In this document: positions 1-12,300 of the stretch, piece after piece
Layout: every line of letters begins with the position of its first letter
Numbering within the stretch: the first letter of the stretch is position 1
Origin: Candidatus Fervidibacter sp.
GTDB lineage: Bacteria; Armatimonadota; Fervidibacteria; Fervidibacterales; Fervidibacteraceae
Length of the DNA: 64,000 nucleotides
Direction of reading: 5' to 3'
NCBI GenBank assembly: GCA_041446735.1
Contig: JBGOEP010000003.1
Span: 2,117-66,116 of the forward strand
Program-made: the position numbers and the translations under genes
Notes under the pieces: generated by a model
The model's database searches: none
Seen by the model: the letters and a program-made list of their open reading frames with translations, nothing else
What the model was told of the DNA's origin: nothing

Positions 1-122
1 CTATCCTTTTCGGCAACTTTTTGGCGCCGCCAGCATCCTTGCGAGGCGGTGTGGCTGATGGTGAACCCTTTGTCAAGGGCGCTCCTTTCAGCGGGAAAAC
101 TTTTTCGGTGGTGACGGGCAGG

Positions 123-1199
123 ATGGCATCGTTGGACGATTGGCGGCAGCGCATTGATGAGATTGACGAGCAACTCCTTCGCTTGCTCACTGAGCGCGCC
201 AAACTGGCGCGGCAAATCGCTTTGCTCAAGCAGCAAAACGACTTGCCCCTTTACCATCCCGAACGGGAAGGGGCAATCTTCGCTCGCCTGACTTCCTTGC
301 CCCACGACCCCCTCCCCGACCAAGCCATCAAAGCCATCTTCCGCGAAATCCTTTCGGCATGCCGCGCCGTCATGCGCCCGCCGCGCATCGCTTTCCTCGG
401 TCCGCCCCATTCCTTCTCCCATCTCGCCTGCGAAGAGCATTTCGGCACTTTCGTTGAGCCTCTCCCGCAGCGAACGATCCACGAAGTCTTTCGGGAAGTG
501 GAGCGGGGCAATGCGGACTTTGGCATCGTCCCTGCCGAAAATGTCGCCGAAGGACCCGTCGGTGACACCTTAGATGCCCTCTTGCAAACGCCCTTGAAAA
601 TCGTCGCCGAAGTGTTGTTGGAAGTGCAACATTGTTTGCTGTCCAAAGCGGCGTCCCTTGCGGACATCCGTCGGGTTTATTCCCGCGAAATCGCCCTCGC
701 CCAATGTCGTCAATGGCTGCAAACCTATTTGCCCCAAGCGGAATGGATTTCCGTTCCCAGCACCGCCGAAGGAGCAGAGCGAGCCGCTGGCGACCCCGAA
801 GGCGCTGCCATCGGACCCCGACGCGCTGCCGATGCCTATGGGTTGCGAGTGTTGGCAGAACGCATTCAAGATGTGCCTTTCAATTTGACCCGCTTTTGGG
901 TTTTGGGCAAGCGGATGACAGCGCCATCGGGCGTGGACAAGACGACCATCGCTTTTTCCGTCCCCCATCGCCCAGGCACTTTGTATCGCGCCCTGAGCGT
1001 GTTCGCCCAGCACAACATCAACCTGACGATGATTGCGTCTCGCCCCGCCCGCCATGCCCCTTGGGAGTATGTGTTTTTCGCCGACTTTCAAGGGCATGTG
1101 CAAGACGAACCCGTGCAAGCGGCGTTGAGCGAGTTGGGCAAGGCGTGCCTGTTTTTGAAGGTGCTCGGCTCTTATCCCGAAGCCATTGAAGTCTTGTGA
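123..1199 (+). CDS. pheA: Bifunctional chorismate mutase/prephenate dehydratase (P-protein)
   Basis: N-terminal CM domain (LDDWRQRIDEID...RAKLA), PDT motifs (IVPAENVAEG, NLTRFWVLG) and ACT domain (PGTLYRAL, NLTMIASRP, YVFFAD, LGSYP). Start moved to ATG 123. Confidence 0.95.
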   Translation: MASLDDWRQRIDEIDEQLLRLLTERAKLARQIALLKQQNDLPLYHPEREGAIFARLTSLPHDPLPDQAIKAIFREILSACRAVMRPPRIAFLGPPHSFSHLACEEHFGTFVEPLPQRTIHEVFREVERGNADFGIVPAENVAEGPVGDTLDALLQTPLKIVAEVLLEVQHCLLSKAASLADIRRVYSREIALAQCRQWLQTYLPQAEWISVPSTAEGAERAAGDPEGAAIGPRRAADAYGLRVLAERIQDVPFNLTRFWVLGKRMTAPSGVDKTTIAFSVPHRPGTLYRALSVFAQHNINLTMIASRPARHAPWEYVFFADFQGHVQDEPVQAALSELGKACLFLKVLGSYPEAIEVL

Positions 1200-1251
1200 C
1201 GGACAAGAGCACTCAAGGGATGAACAGCCCGCCTATCGGGAAAGGCGGTGA

Positions 1252-2511
1252 GTGGTCATGCGTTGGCTCGGTCTCCTTCTCGCCTCGCTTGCCCTTTGGC
1301 TTTTTGGTCAGGCTCGTCAACCCGCAAAAGCGCAGCAGGGACGCAGCGCCTCTTTCGGAGTGCTGATGTTAGTCCCATCCCTTGACGAATTGCCCAAGCA
1401 TGTGCAAGCCCTTCAAGCGTCAAGGGTTCAATGGGTTGGGCTGGACATCCCCCTCAGCCGCATCAATCCCCGTGAAGGCGTTTACGATTGGGACTACCGC
1501 CACTTTGAGACGACACTGCGAACTTTGAAGGCAGCGGGTTTGCGCATTGTCCTGAAGTTTCTGGGACAAGCCGACTGGGTTTCCCGCGACCCCAAAGGCG
1601 CTCACGCCGATTGGGATGGGACGCTGAACTTGACGCCGCCCCGCGAGAAAGCCAAATGGCAACAAGTTGTCCAGCAAGTCGTCCACCGCTATGGCGCTTA
1701 TTGCGACACTTGGCAAATCGGCAACGAACCAGATGGAGGCGGTTACTTTCGTGGCTCTGCCGACGACTACATCGCCTACTTGGAATGGACGGCGACAGCC
1801 ATCCGCTCAGTGCAACCGAAGGCGACGATTGTGGCGGGCGAACTCTTTCTGGGTTTGCGACCAGCGTCAGGCTCTTATGGCGATGTGCTGCGGAAGTTGG
1901 TGAAGCGTCCCGACCTTTTTGATGTCCTGAGCGTTCACTACCCTTTGGCGCCGCCCCAACATGCCGCTCCTTTCAGCGATTATTTTCGGGCGATGAAGGA
2001 AGCGGGCATCCAGAAACCTGTCTGGAACACCGAGCAGGCAGCGACGATGCCGTGCACTTGGCTGCCAAAAGGCGCAACGACGCACCCTGGCACGGAAGGC
2101 GGACTTCGCCTCTCGCCCATCAAAGCCTTCGGTCATTCCGTCGCAGCGGGAGCGGAACTTGTGCTCTTTTTCAGTTGGAACTACGACGACACGGGCTTCT
2201 TTTATCGCCCCATCCTTCAGACAGAGTTGCGGGTGATGGGCGAGCAACTGGGCGGGGCAAAGTTTGTCGGTCGGATAGAGTTGGGCAGCAACGATGCCAC
2301 CCTACTGCGGTTTGAACGCAACGGTGAATCAATCCTCGTCGGTTGGACGGAAGTGAACGGGTTGGAAGTGCCTATCAGGTTGCAGGCAAGGGGAGCGGTC
2401 ACGCTCATAGATTGGCAAGGCGACACGCAGCGATTGATCCCGAAGGGTGGGCAAGTCGTCGTCCCGCTCACTTTTTGTCCCCGCTTCCTACGGGGCGATA
2501 TTCGGTTGTGA
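1252..2511 (+). CDS. Secreted clan GH-A glycoside hydrolase (GH5/GH39-like)
   Basis: Signal peptide, WQIGNEPD acid/base motif, SVHYP, and PVWNTE nucleophile motif. Confidence 0.75.
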   Translation: MVMRWLGLLLASLALWLFGQARQPAKAQQGRSASFGVLMLVPSLDELPKHVQALQASRVQWVGLDIPLSRINPREGVYDWDYRHFETTLRTLKAAGLRIVLKFLGQADWVSRDPKGAHADWDGTLNLTPPREKAKWQQVVQQVVHRYGAYCDTWQIGNEPDGGGYFRGSADDYIAYLEWTATAIRSVQPKATIVAGELFLGLRPASGSYGDVLRKLVKRPDLFDVLSVHYPLAPPQHAAPFSDYFRAMKEAGIQKPVWNTEQAATMPCTWLPKGATTHPGTEGGLRLSPIKAFGHSVAAGAELVLFFSWNYDDTGFFYRPILQTELRVMGEQLGGAKFVGRIELGSNDATLLRFERNGESILVGWTEVNGLEVPIRLQARGAVTLIDWQGDTQRLIPKGGQVVVPLTFCPRFLRGDIRL

Positions 2512-2596
2512 GAAAAGCGTGCGGTGTAAGCGTGCAAGGTTGTAGGCGTGGAAGCGCGCCATCGTAGAACTGCACGCTCAAAAGGGGTGAACGCCG

Positions 2597-3151
2597 ATGG
2601 GCGTCATATTGCTCGTCGTGTTGGTGTTGCTGGTTGTTTTGGTGTTTTGGGTGATTGCCGCTTACAATCGGCTGGTCAAGTTGAGCGTGCTGGCGGACAA
2701 TGCGTGGAGCGATGTAGAGGTGCAGTTGAAGCGTCGGCACGACTTGGTGCCCAACTTGGTGGAGACGGTCAAGGGTTATGCGGCGCACGAACGGCAAACT
2801 TTGGAAGCCGTCATCAACGCCCGCAACGCTGCCGTCGCTGCCAACGACCCGCAACAACGGGTGCAAGCCGAAAACATGCTGACCGCCGCTTTGCGCCAAC
2901 TTTTTGCGCTGGCAGAAGCCTACCCTGAGTTGAAGGCGAACGAAAACTTCCTTGCTCTGCAACGGGAACTTTCCGCCATTGAAGAAGACATCGCCAACGC
3001 CCGCCGTTACTACAACGCCGTCGTGCGCGACTACAATACCCGTTTGGCGGTCATCCCCGACGGGTTCATCGCAGCGCTCTGTGGCTTTCGCTCCAAACCC
3101 TTCTTCGCTGCCGAAGAAGAAGCGCGGGAAGCGCCTCAAGTCCGCTTTTAG
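2597..3151 (+). CDS. lemA: LemA family protein
   Basis: N-terminal TM helix; YNRLV..NAWSDVEVQLKRRHDLVPNLVETVKGYA, AEAYPELKANENF, RRYYNAVV. Confidence 0.95.
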   Translation: MGVILLVVLVLLVVLVFWVIAAYNRLVKLSVLADNAWSDVEVQLKRRHDLVPNLVETVKGYAAHERQTLEAVINARNAAVAANDPQQRVQAENMLTAALRQLFALAEAYPELKANENFLALQRELSAIEEDIANARRYYNAVVRDYNTRLAVIPDGFIAALCGFRSKPFFAAEEEAREAPQVRF

Positions 3152-3327
3152 TCCTTGCCATTCAGCCGACAAAGCCAAGCGGGCAGCATAAGATGGAAGG
3201 CGATAACATCGGGCATGTGCCTGCATGAATCTTTTACACTCCAAGAGTTGCGATGCAAAATTGCTGCGTCGTTGGGAGGGTCGGGCTCCTGCCCGACCGA
3301 AAACTGCAGGAGCGCCATAAGGGTGTG

Positions 3328-3370
3328 CGTGACGGTTGTCACAGTTTCCGTCAGGGTTGTGGACTAAAAT
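3328..3370 (+). promoter_or_regulatory. CRP/FNR-family-like site plus -10 element upstream of the giant gene
   Basis: CGTGA-CGGTTG-TCACA at 3328-3343 (one mismatch to TGTGA-N6-TCACA) and TAAAAT at 3365-3370. Confidence 0.5.
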
Positions 3371-3387
3371 GTGAGGCGAAAAACGCG

Positions 3388-6300
3388 ATGCGAGGTGAAC
3401 AAGTCGTGCAACGGTGCAGGCAGAGCATTGTTTGGGCGGTTGTTTTGGTGGGGCTGTTGGGTCTATTCGCCTTCCCGACGGCTGCCCAAGAGAAACGCTC
3501 CCCTTATGCCCTGCCCTCTGGGCGAGGGATTTCAGACGGTAACTTTGTCGCCCGCAATGATTTTTTGGACATCAATGTCGGACCGCGAGGAAGCAATTAC
3601 TGGGCATTTCAATTTGCCCCCAATCAATGGGGCGATGCCGTCTTCAGCGAACATTTTCCTGTCTGGACGCCCCAGTGGGGTGGCGTCTCGTCTTTTGACA
3701 TGGAGGTCATCCAACCCTTTCAGGAACTCGTCCCCGACCGTCTGGCAGAAGCCAAATTGCGTTACCGCCGAACCGACCTCAATCAGGAATTGCAAATCCT
3801 TCGTCGCGTTCAGTTTGAGCCTGGGGCTGTCCGCCAATTCCGCATCACTTACATCCTGACCAACACGGGCAACGCCACCATCCCAGACCTTCGCTTTTTC
3901 CAAATCATTGACTTTGACATCGTGGACCCTGGTGGCGACTACGCTTGGTATAACGCCAACAGTGACACGGTGTTCATGAACGACGATAGGTATTTTCGCA
4001 TCGGTTTCTTCGGCAGCCGCCGCTCTGACCGACACAGCACGGGTTTTTGGAGTTTTGTCTTGAACAGCGATTGGACGGATGGGGAGTTGAACAACCAAGA
4101 CCGTTACCCTTCAACGGGCACTACCGATGCAGGGGTGGGACTTCAATGGAATGTCGGTGATTTAGCGCCAGGTCAATCTTGGGAGTTGACGGTGACTTTC
4201 GTCTTCGGTGGTGCTGCGGGGATTCAAGCCCTCATCCCTGACCGAACGGTCGGTCGGGGTCGGGAGGTCATTTTGGACGCTTCCGCCTCTAACTCGGTTG
4301 ACCAAATCGTCAGTTACGAATGGGACTTGGACAACGACGGCGAATTTGATGACGCGACGGGCGTTCAAGTCCGCTGGGTGTTCAATCAACTGGGACAGTT
4401 CCTCATCCATGTGCGCGTGCGCGACAGCGCTGGGCGGGTGGACACCGACAGTGCCACCATCACTGTCATCCCCGATGTGGATTTGACCGTCGCATCGCTA
4501 ACCGTTGAACCCTCAGAAAATTTGAAAGACGGGACGCCGACGACCCTCAAGGCGGTCATCCGCAACACAGGTGTTGACCCCACATCCAGTGGCTTTTATG
4601 TCCGTTTCCTTGCTGGCGGTAGGTTCGTCGGTGAGCGATTTGTGTCCAATTTGGCAGGTGGCGGTCAAACGGAAGTCGCCCTCCCTTGGCGGGCTCGTGG
4701 CGGTGTCCAACAATTGGAAGCCATCGCCGATGTTTACAACAATGTCCCCGAAGTTGAGGAGAGCAACAATCGTTCTTTGCTCAACATGACTCCCATCCCA
4801 CCAGCCGATTTAACGGTAACCGAACTTGCCCTTTCCCCCAGCGAAAACCTCGTTGACGGTCAGCAGGTTCAAGTGACAGTGACGGTCACCAACAACGGCG
4901 CCGACACCGTCGGAGATTTCATCGTCCGTTTGTTCGTTGACAGTGGCTTTTTCGGCGAAAGGACAATTTCTGGTGGCTTGGTGGGTGGTCAATCGCAAAC
5001 GATTACCGTCCCCTTGCAAGTGCGGGCACGGCAAAGGACTGTTCAAGCGGTAGTGGATGCGGGTGATTTTGTCGGTGAAAGCGACGAAGGTAACAACAGC
5101 AGGGAAATTTCGCTGCCAGAAATCCCCCTGCCAGACTTGACCATCAGCGACTTGACGGTTTCGCCCGCAGAAAATCTCAGTCACGGACAGAGGGTCACTT
5201 TGAGGGCGACAGTTCAAAACATCGGCGCCACAACCCTTGTGCCCTTCAGGGTGGAGTTTCAAGTTGCAGGGGAAACCCTAACCCAAAGCGTGGCAGGACT
5301 GCAAGGTGGACAAAGCACCGTTGTGGAAGCCGTTTGGGTGGCGAAGGCAGGTCAACACACCCTCCGAGTTTTTGCCGATACAACCCGCGTCATCCCCGAA
5401 AGCAACGAGGACAACAATGTCGCCGAAAGACAACTGCCCGAAATCACCGCCCCCGACCTGTCTGTCACCTCCATCGCCCTCAACCCCCAATCTGGTTTCG
5501 TTTCAGGCGATACTGTTACCGTCGCAGTGACGGTTCAAATTGGTGGCACGGGACGATTAATTGCCCCCATCCCCGTAATTTTGCTGGATAACGGTCAAAG
5601 GGTTGGAACGCGTCAACTGGATGCGGGTTTGACAGCGGGGCAAAATGTGACGCTGGCGTTTTCCTGGCGCGTCTTGCCAGGCGCCCACACTTTGAGGGCT
5701 GTCGTTGACCCCGACAACATTTTGCCCGAACCCAACGAAGAGAACAATGCCACTGAACAGCAAGTTTCGGAAATTCCGACCCCCGATTTCGCTTTGAACG
5801 CCGTTCTCGTCCCCGAAAACCCCTTCACGGGGCAACCCTTCCGCATCCAAGGTTCTGTCCGCAACGGCGATATTGCTACTCGGCTTAACTTCTCCGTCAT
5901 CGCAGAAATTTTGGATGCCAACGACGCCATCGCCACGACAGATCGTCGCAATTTCAGCAACGGACTGCCCCCCAACGGCAGCGTTGATTTTACCTTCGGA
6001 CCGTTCTCTCGGCTGTTTGAGTGGCGAAAAGTGAGGGTCAGGCTTGTCTTTGAAGGAAACCTCGCCGATGCTAACCCAGCCAACGATGTCGCCACCTTCA
6101 ACTTGCCCGATGTGCCCCCGCCCGATTACGCCGTCACGAGTGTCAACGCCGTTTTGCCCCCCACCATCGGCTACGGTCAACCCGTGACTATCCGCATAAA
6201 CATCACCAACCGAGGTGGCAACTATCGGTTGCCTGTCGGTTTCACCGCAGGCATCCCCATCAATGTCTTTTTGAACGACCAACTTTTGGGCAACGCGTTC

Positions 6301-9300
6301 GTCGGTGGCTTGGACAGCGATGTGGAAACGACGGTGACTTTCACTTGGGTCATTGACCGACCTGTCAACAACCCGACGGTGAAAGTCATCCTTGACCCCA
6401 ACAGGCAATTCCCCGATGCCGACCGAACTAACAATGAAGCCCAAACCTCGTTGACCTTGACCGTTGAGCGCACCGATTTCGTCGCAGAAAGCGTCCGCAT
6501 CGTGCCCGAAGGAGTCCCAGCAGGGCGAACCGCCCGCGTTGAGGTTGTCGTTCGCAAGGGCGAAGGTGCCGATTACACGGGTCGGTTGCCCGTAGAAGTT
6601 TTCGTTGATGGCGTCTCCTTGGGCACACAAGTAGCCGATGTTCGGCTAAATGCCAATGAACCGATGGCGACATTTGCCTTTAACTGGACAGTCACACCCG
6701 GGCAAGCGAGGCGAGTGCGTGTCGTTGTAGACCCACGAAACGAAATCGTGGAAGCGGACGAAACGAACAACACTTTGGAGACGACCGTTGACTACTCCGC
6801 TACTGCCCCCGATTTTGTCGTTTCCAGCCTCACCTTTGAACCGCAGACAGGCGTTCAACAAGGCGCTTCCGTCCGCTTCACCGTTGTCATCCGCAACGCC
6901 AGTGCTGGTGCATGGGCATCAGATGTCTCGGTGCGGGTTAGTTTCAACACGGGTTTCGTCCGCAACTTTGCCCTTAGCAATCTTGCCCCCAACGAAGAGA
7001 GGCAAATCGTTTTTGACTGGCTTGCCGTCCCAGGCAGCGACCATGTGGTCACGGTGGAAATTGACCCAGAAAATCGGGTGCCTGAAAGTGATGAAACCAA
7101 CAATGCCCTCACCCAACGATTGAATTTGACGGTCGCTCCCCGCCCCATTTTGCAACTGAACTTGAGCGCGCCACCTTCCCTCGTCGGTCCTGGCGACCGA
7201 GTCGTTCTGAGTTGGGAAATCACGAACAGCGGCGCAGCGGAAGGGACGGCGACCATGACCGTCAGCGGGCTGCCCGATGGATGGGCAACGGTGGAACCCG
7301 TCAGCGGTCTCGTCCCCGCCAACGGGCGATTGACAGGTCAACTAATCATCACCGTCCCCAGCAACTGGTCGCAATCCCAAACTTTTGCCGTCACCTTGCA
7401 AGGGCAAGTCGGAACCTTATCGTTGACAGCCACGCAAAACCTGCGAGTGGAAACACGCCCCATCATCACTGACATAAGCCCTGCCAACAATCAACGGTTG
7501 GGTTCAACGACCGTCACTTTCACTTGGCGCACGCAACTCCCGTCCACCAGCGAGGTTTATATCAAGCGCCCCACCGACGCGACCTATCAGCGCTTTGAGG
7601 GCGAGGCAGGGACTTTCCACAGGGTTGTCGTCTCAGGTTTGCGCCGCAACACCAGTTACCTGTTCTATGTCCGCAGCGTCAGCGCAACGGGTGAAAGCCA
7701 AAGTGAAGAACGCCGCATTTTTATCACCAGCGGAGTCGTCTTCAGCCAACCCGAATATTCCGCCGAAGTCCGCCGTGACTACGACCAACACCTAACCGTC
7801 GCTGTTATCAACACGGACACACGACCCCACACGGTCAAAGTGGACCTGGTGGATAATCCCTACGACGATGCCCCTGCGGGTTTGAGGGGTCCAGGCACCT
7901 TTGATGAACCAGCCACCATCAACCCAGGCGAAGCGCTAACCATCACCTTCGCCGCTCACTTTCAAGATGCCCGCCAGACCGATTACACCTTCCGCATGCG
8001 CGTCCAAACCGTCGGCGAACCAGAGTCCCTCACCGATGAGGCAATCGTTCGGATGCGAGTGAGGCAACCCCGTGCCAACCTTCAAATCGTTCAAATCGCC
8101 GAAGACCCGTTGACGCAAGTGAAAACCTTCCGAGTAACCAACATCGGTGACGAACCTGCGACGGATGTGACCATTCGCCCCAACGATTTGGTAGCAGGTC
8201 AAGTCGGCATGCAACCGTTGATTGAACATGCCTTCCTCGCCCCAGGGCAGTCCATTGAGTTCAAAATTTTCCCGATGCTGCTCCCTCCCGGCTTTCGCCC
8301 CTTCAGCCCATCGGACATCATTGACGCACGGGTGACCTTTGAAAACTCCGTCCCTTATGTGGGCTGGAACTTCCGTCCCTTTGACCTTTACATCTTGCTG
8401 AACGGCGTGGAGATTGCCTCCCTTCAAAACACCATCCCGTTGGGCGTGTTCAGTTTCCCCATCCCGCCGCAGGCTATCTTCCCGCCCGATGTCGGCAGGT
8501 CGGCGAGATTGACGATGCAGCCTGAGGAAGTCCGAACGCTGCCAGCCGAAGCGGTGCAACCTATCGTCCAAAAATTGCGCTCTGGTTTCAACCTGCAGGT
8601 CTCTTACGCCAATCGCACCCAACAAATCCCCATCCGCTTCTTTGACAACCCCACCCGCCAAGCAGGTGGACAGTTTTTCATCGTTGAGAAAGGCGAACGG
8701 ATGATCACGCAGCAAGTGCAAGCAACCCACTGCACTAACCAACCCAATGTTGTCGTTCGGTTCAGCAACGGCATCCTCAGTGCGGAATTGAACATCCGCA
8801 AAAGCAACTTCAACGACGCCCACTTTCTCAACGCCTCCAACTTCAAACTGGATATTTGCACCCGCTCCTTCAAGGTTGCGGTGCAAGCCAACAGCGAGAC
8901 GGAAGCCCGTGACATTGCCGAACGCCTTTGCAATGTCCTCACGAAGACCCCACCCAAACCCAGCACGGTCAGTGTGGAACTTGCTGGAGAAGGACCGCCT
9001 TTCAAGCGAGGCAAACCCGTGAGGGTGCGGGCTGTGGTGACGGGAGACGGTGAAATCAGCGTCAGCACGGTTGTCGCCACTTTCAGCAATGGCGACACCC
9101 CCATCGCCCTTCGGGCAGTCAGTGCGAATTCCTTTGAAGGTGTTTGGATACCGACCAATATTCCCGCTGGCACCCAAACAGACCAACAAGGCAACATCGT
9201 CTTCCCCGTCACCGTCACCGTCGTCGCTTCAGGCTGCGGTCAAACGGCGACTGGTTCAAGGGAGACAACGGTCAAAGTCGGCGGCATCCAAATCACCATT

Positions 9301-12300
9301 GAGAAGCCGAAACCTGAAGAAGGCTTCCGCGTGGATTTGCCAGTCAATGGAGAAGCGCTAGTTCTTATCGCCGGCAAAGTGACCGACGATGAAAACAATG
9401 GGCTGCGGGCAACGGTCACCGCCGAATTTTGGTTCACAGAGTTAGGCAGAGATGTGCCGCGCGTCTCCAGCGAAACCAAGCAAACTTCCCCTGAAGGTTC
9501 GTTCGCTTTTGGCTTCACCACTCGCAAACCCGGCGAGTTGTTGGTCAAACTCTTCGCCAACCCTGAAAACAACCGAGAATTGCAAGCCTTCAAGCGAGTG
9601 CAAGGGTTCATTGCCTATAAAATCCAGTTGGAAGTCGCCAAGGATGACTACGAGTTTGTGCGTGGTCAGAAGGATGGGAGCCGAATAAATCAATCGCCGA
9701 TAGAAATCCCCAGTAGCGAGACCCCTGACCTCAAGGAAATCAAGGTCAAGGTTTTCGCATTCCAACCCAACGAAGAGAACCCGCCCAGATTGGAGCGGAA
9801 ACCTTTGAAAGACGCCGTGGTGAAAATTGTAGGCGGCGGAAGCGTAAGGACGAACGACGCAGGAATTGCCACTGTGCCCGTTAACTCTCGTGCAAACAGG
9901 GTCGTTGAGGTTACCGTAGACATGAAACCGAAATTGGATGTCAAGATTGCTCCAGTCCCAAAGGCTTTCTTAGCCCGTCCTGAAGCGGAAGGGCAGATAT
10001 GGGTCTTCTTGGGCAAAAACCTCTCCGAGCCGACTTATCCCCAACCGACAACGCCCCAAGTGCGCAGTGATTACTTGGTGACAGGGCGAAAGTTCAAAGT
10101 CACGGTGGATCGTGACGAAAAAATCGCCACACCGTTGGAGACAAATCCCGTCGCCCACGCCGTCCCTTACAAACCGCCGCAGGCTTTGAATGTCGGCTTT
10201 ATAGAGGTGACGGTCACCGCCGAGGATATAACTGAAGGTGAGAGCGAACCTCTTTACAGGGCTGAAGCCAAGTTCCGTGTCTTCCGTGACGCTTTCCTGA
10301 CCTTCCACAAGGAAGGCTTTAAAGACCCAGAACCTCGCAAAGTTGATTTGGTGGAACAGAACGGCTTGCGAGTCCTGCCAGGCATCATTGAAGGTTTCCT
10401 CGTCGCCCTCAAGCCCGGACGACCCATTGTCGGCGCCGATGCCACCCTCACTTATCCCGATTTGGAGCAAACCGTAAAGACGCAAGGTCAATATCAGCGA
10501 CCTCAAGACGCCGAGGTTCAACCCGATGCAGGGAAATTCCGCTTTGAAGTGGACACCAACCGCCCCACCTGGTCTCTGACCGACCCCGTGCGTATGTCTT
10601 TCATCCCTGAAATTGATCGGTTGGCTAACAGCGTAAATCAACAGATTGGTTCGCTGGGCTATCGGCTTCCCGACTTCAACGAGCGCTTCGGGTTTGGGAC
10701 CGAGTTCCCTTACCTCTGGGAGTTGCGCTATCAAACTGACCCAGAAAAAGTTCGCAAAGTCATAGAGGCTGCCCAACGCCTTCAAGCCTACGCCGAACTC
10801 GTCGGCACCGCCCACCCCAACATGAAGGAATATGTGAAGGAAGCGGTGAAAGCCATTGTTAATTTCGTGATTGACCTCATCACTGGAAAAATCGCCGACA
10901 TCATTACCTCTAGCATCAAAGCGGGCAAAGGGATCGGTTTCACCAATTCCTTGAAAGAGACAATTTATCAGAGATTTTCCCGTGCGGATTTACCTCCCGG
11001 CACTCTTGATCTCATTCCAGCCATTATCAATGATGCTATCGCTACCTCCATCCGAAGGCACAAAGGGCTGACAGACGAAGCCCTCGGCGATGTAGTGATC
11101 TATCTCAAAGCCAGAACCAGTTTGACCGATCAAGAAATTGAAAAGGTCATGGAAGTTTTAATGGACTACCGCAAAGATCTCCATGAGGCGGTTAGTAGTA
11201 TGGTCTCCAGTGGCTTAAAAGCAGACCTCAAAGGCGCTATACAAAGTGCCCTTAGCGCCTTAGGCTTCAACCTCAAGACCAACAACGGGTTGCTGGCAAA
11301 GATCATTGACGAAGTTCTGGAAAAAGTAGCGGAGGCATTACAGGCGGGGGCAAATATCACCTCCTGGGTATCCAACTTGCCCGACCTCGTTGCTGAAGGG
11401 CTAATCAGTTTTCCCCTCGTCCCTGAAGTGCACACCGACAACTTGCTGGCTTTTCCCCTTTTGCCTGGTATTGGCTACCGCTCACGAACCCAGCAATCGT
11501 TGGAAACGCTGCTTTCTCGCTTCGGCAAGTATGAGTTCCAGGGAGATACCCCGACTTTGGTCGGAAAAATCCAAGCCGCCAAGCAAAATGTTGCGGGTGT
11601 TCGGCAAGTTTTTGATACTGTCACCAGCCCCATCAGCAACATCACAAGAGCCATCGCAAATCACTTTGACCGCCAGCAGGTTCTAACGGGGCAGGAGCAC
11701 TTCTTCAACAAAGCAGCACAGTTCGTCGCAAGCATTGTGGATGAAATTTTACCCATCAAAACGCTGCTCACCGTTGTCCTTGCCCCTGTTGCTGTCAGCG
11801 CTACCGAGCAGTTGCAAATCCTGGCTTTCAGGGACGCCCTGGGAGCACCTTACCCACCATTTCCTGGTGGAATTACACCCGATCAAATACTCGGTTCAAG
11901 CCTTGCTTACATTCTCAACTTCGTGTCTGGCGGAGGACGGCTTGCCCCCCTTCCGTCCCGAAGTCGGCAGTTGAGTGAGTATGCCGATATCGTCAACCAA
12001 ATCAAGGCTGCCCTGCAGCAAAACAACTACGAGCGAGTCTTGCAGTTGGCACCTGCCCTGGCATCAGCCAGTGCCGCTGTTGCCGATGCGATGCGGGCGA
12101 AAGATGTTTTGGTGCTCACTGCCGTTCCCGTCGCACATGAGCGGGACGGCAACTTCCCTGCCTCCGCTCGGCAGGCTTCTCAGGCTGCTGACCAATCCGA
12201 TGTCGCCCGCAGGCGCTTCTTGTTGCAATTGGGGAGTTATCTTGCCGCTGAGGACGAGGAAGCCCGTGACAGGGCTCTCTCCGCCGCCGACGAGGCATTG

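Noticed and set aside
3160-3200. c-di-GMP-I riboswitch upstream of the giant gene (GACAAAGCC)
   Set aside because: There is no GGCAAAC/GNRA P2 stem or tetraloop receptor arrangement.
3253-3387. Longer N-terminus of the giant ORF, and similar extensions of pheA, ggt, prkA, hisC, ComEC-MBL, MNT-HEPN and SLT in the ORF track
   Set aside because: The extensions overlap promoters or neighbouring genes and lack family similarity; downstream starts fit RBS, overlap or signal-peptide evidence better.
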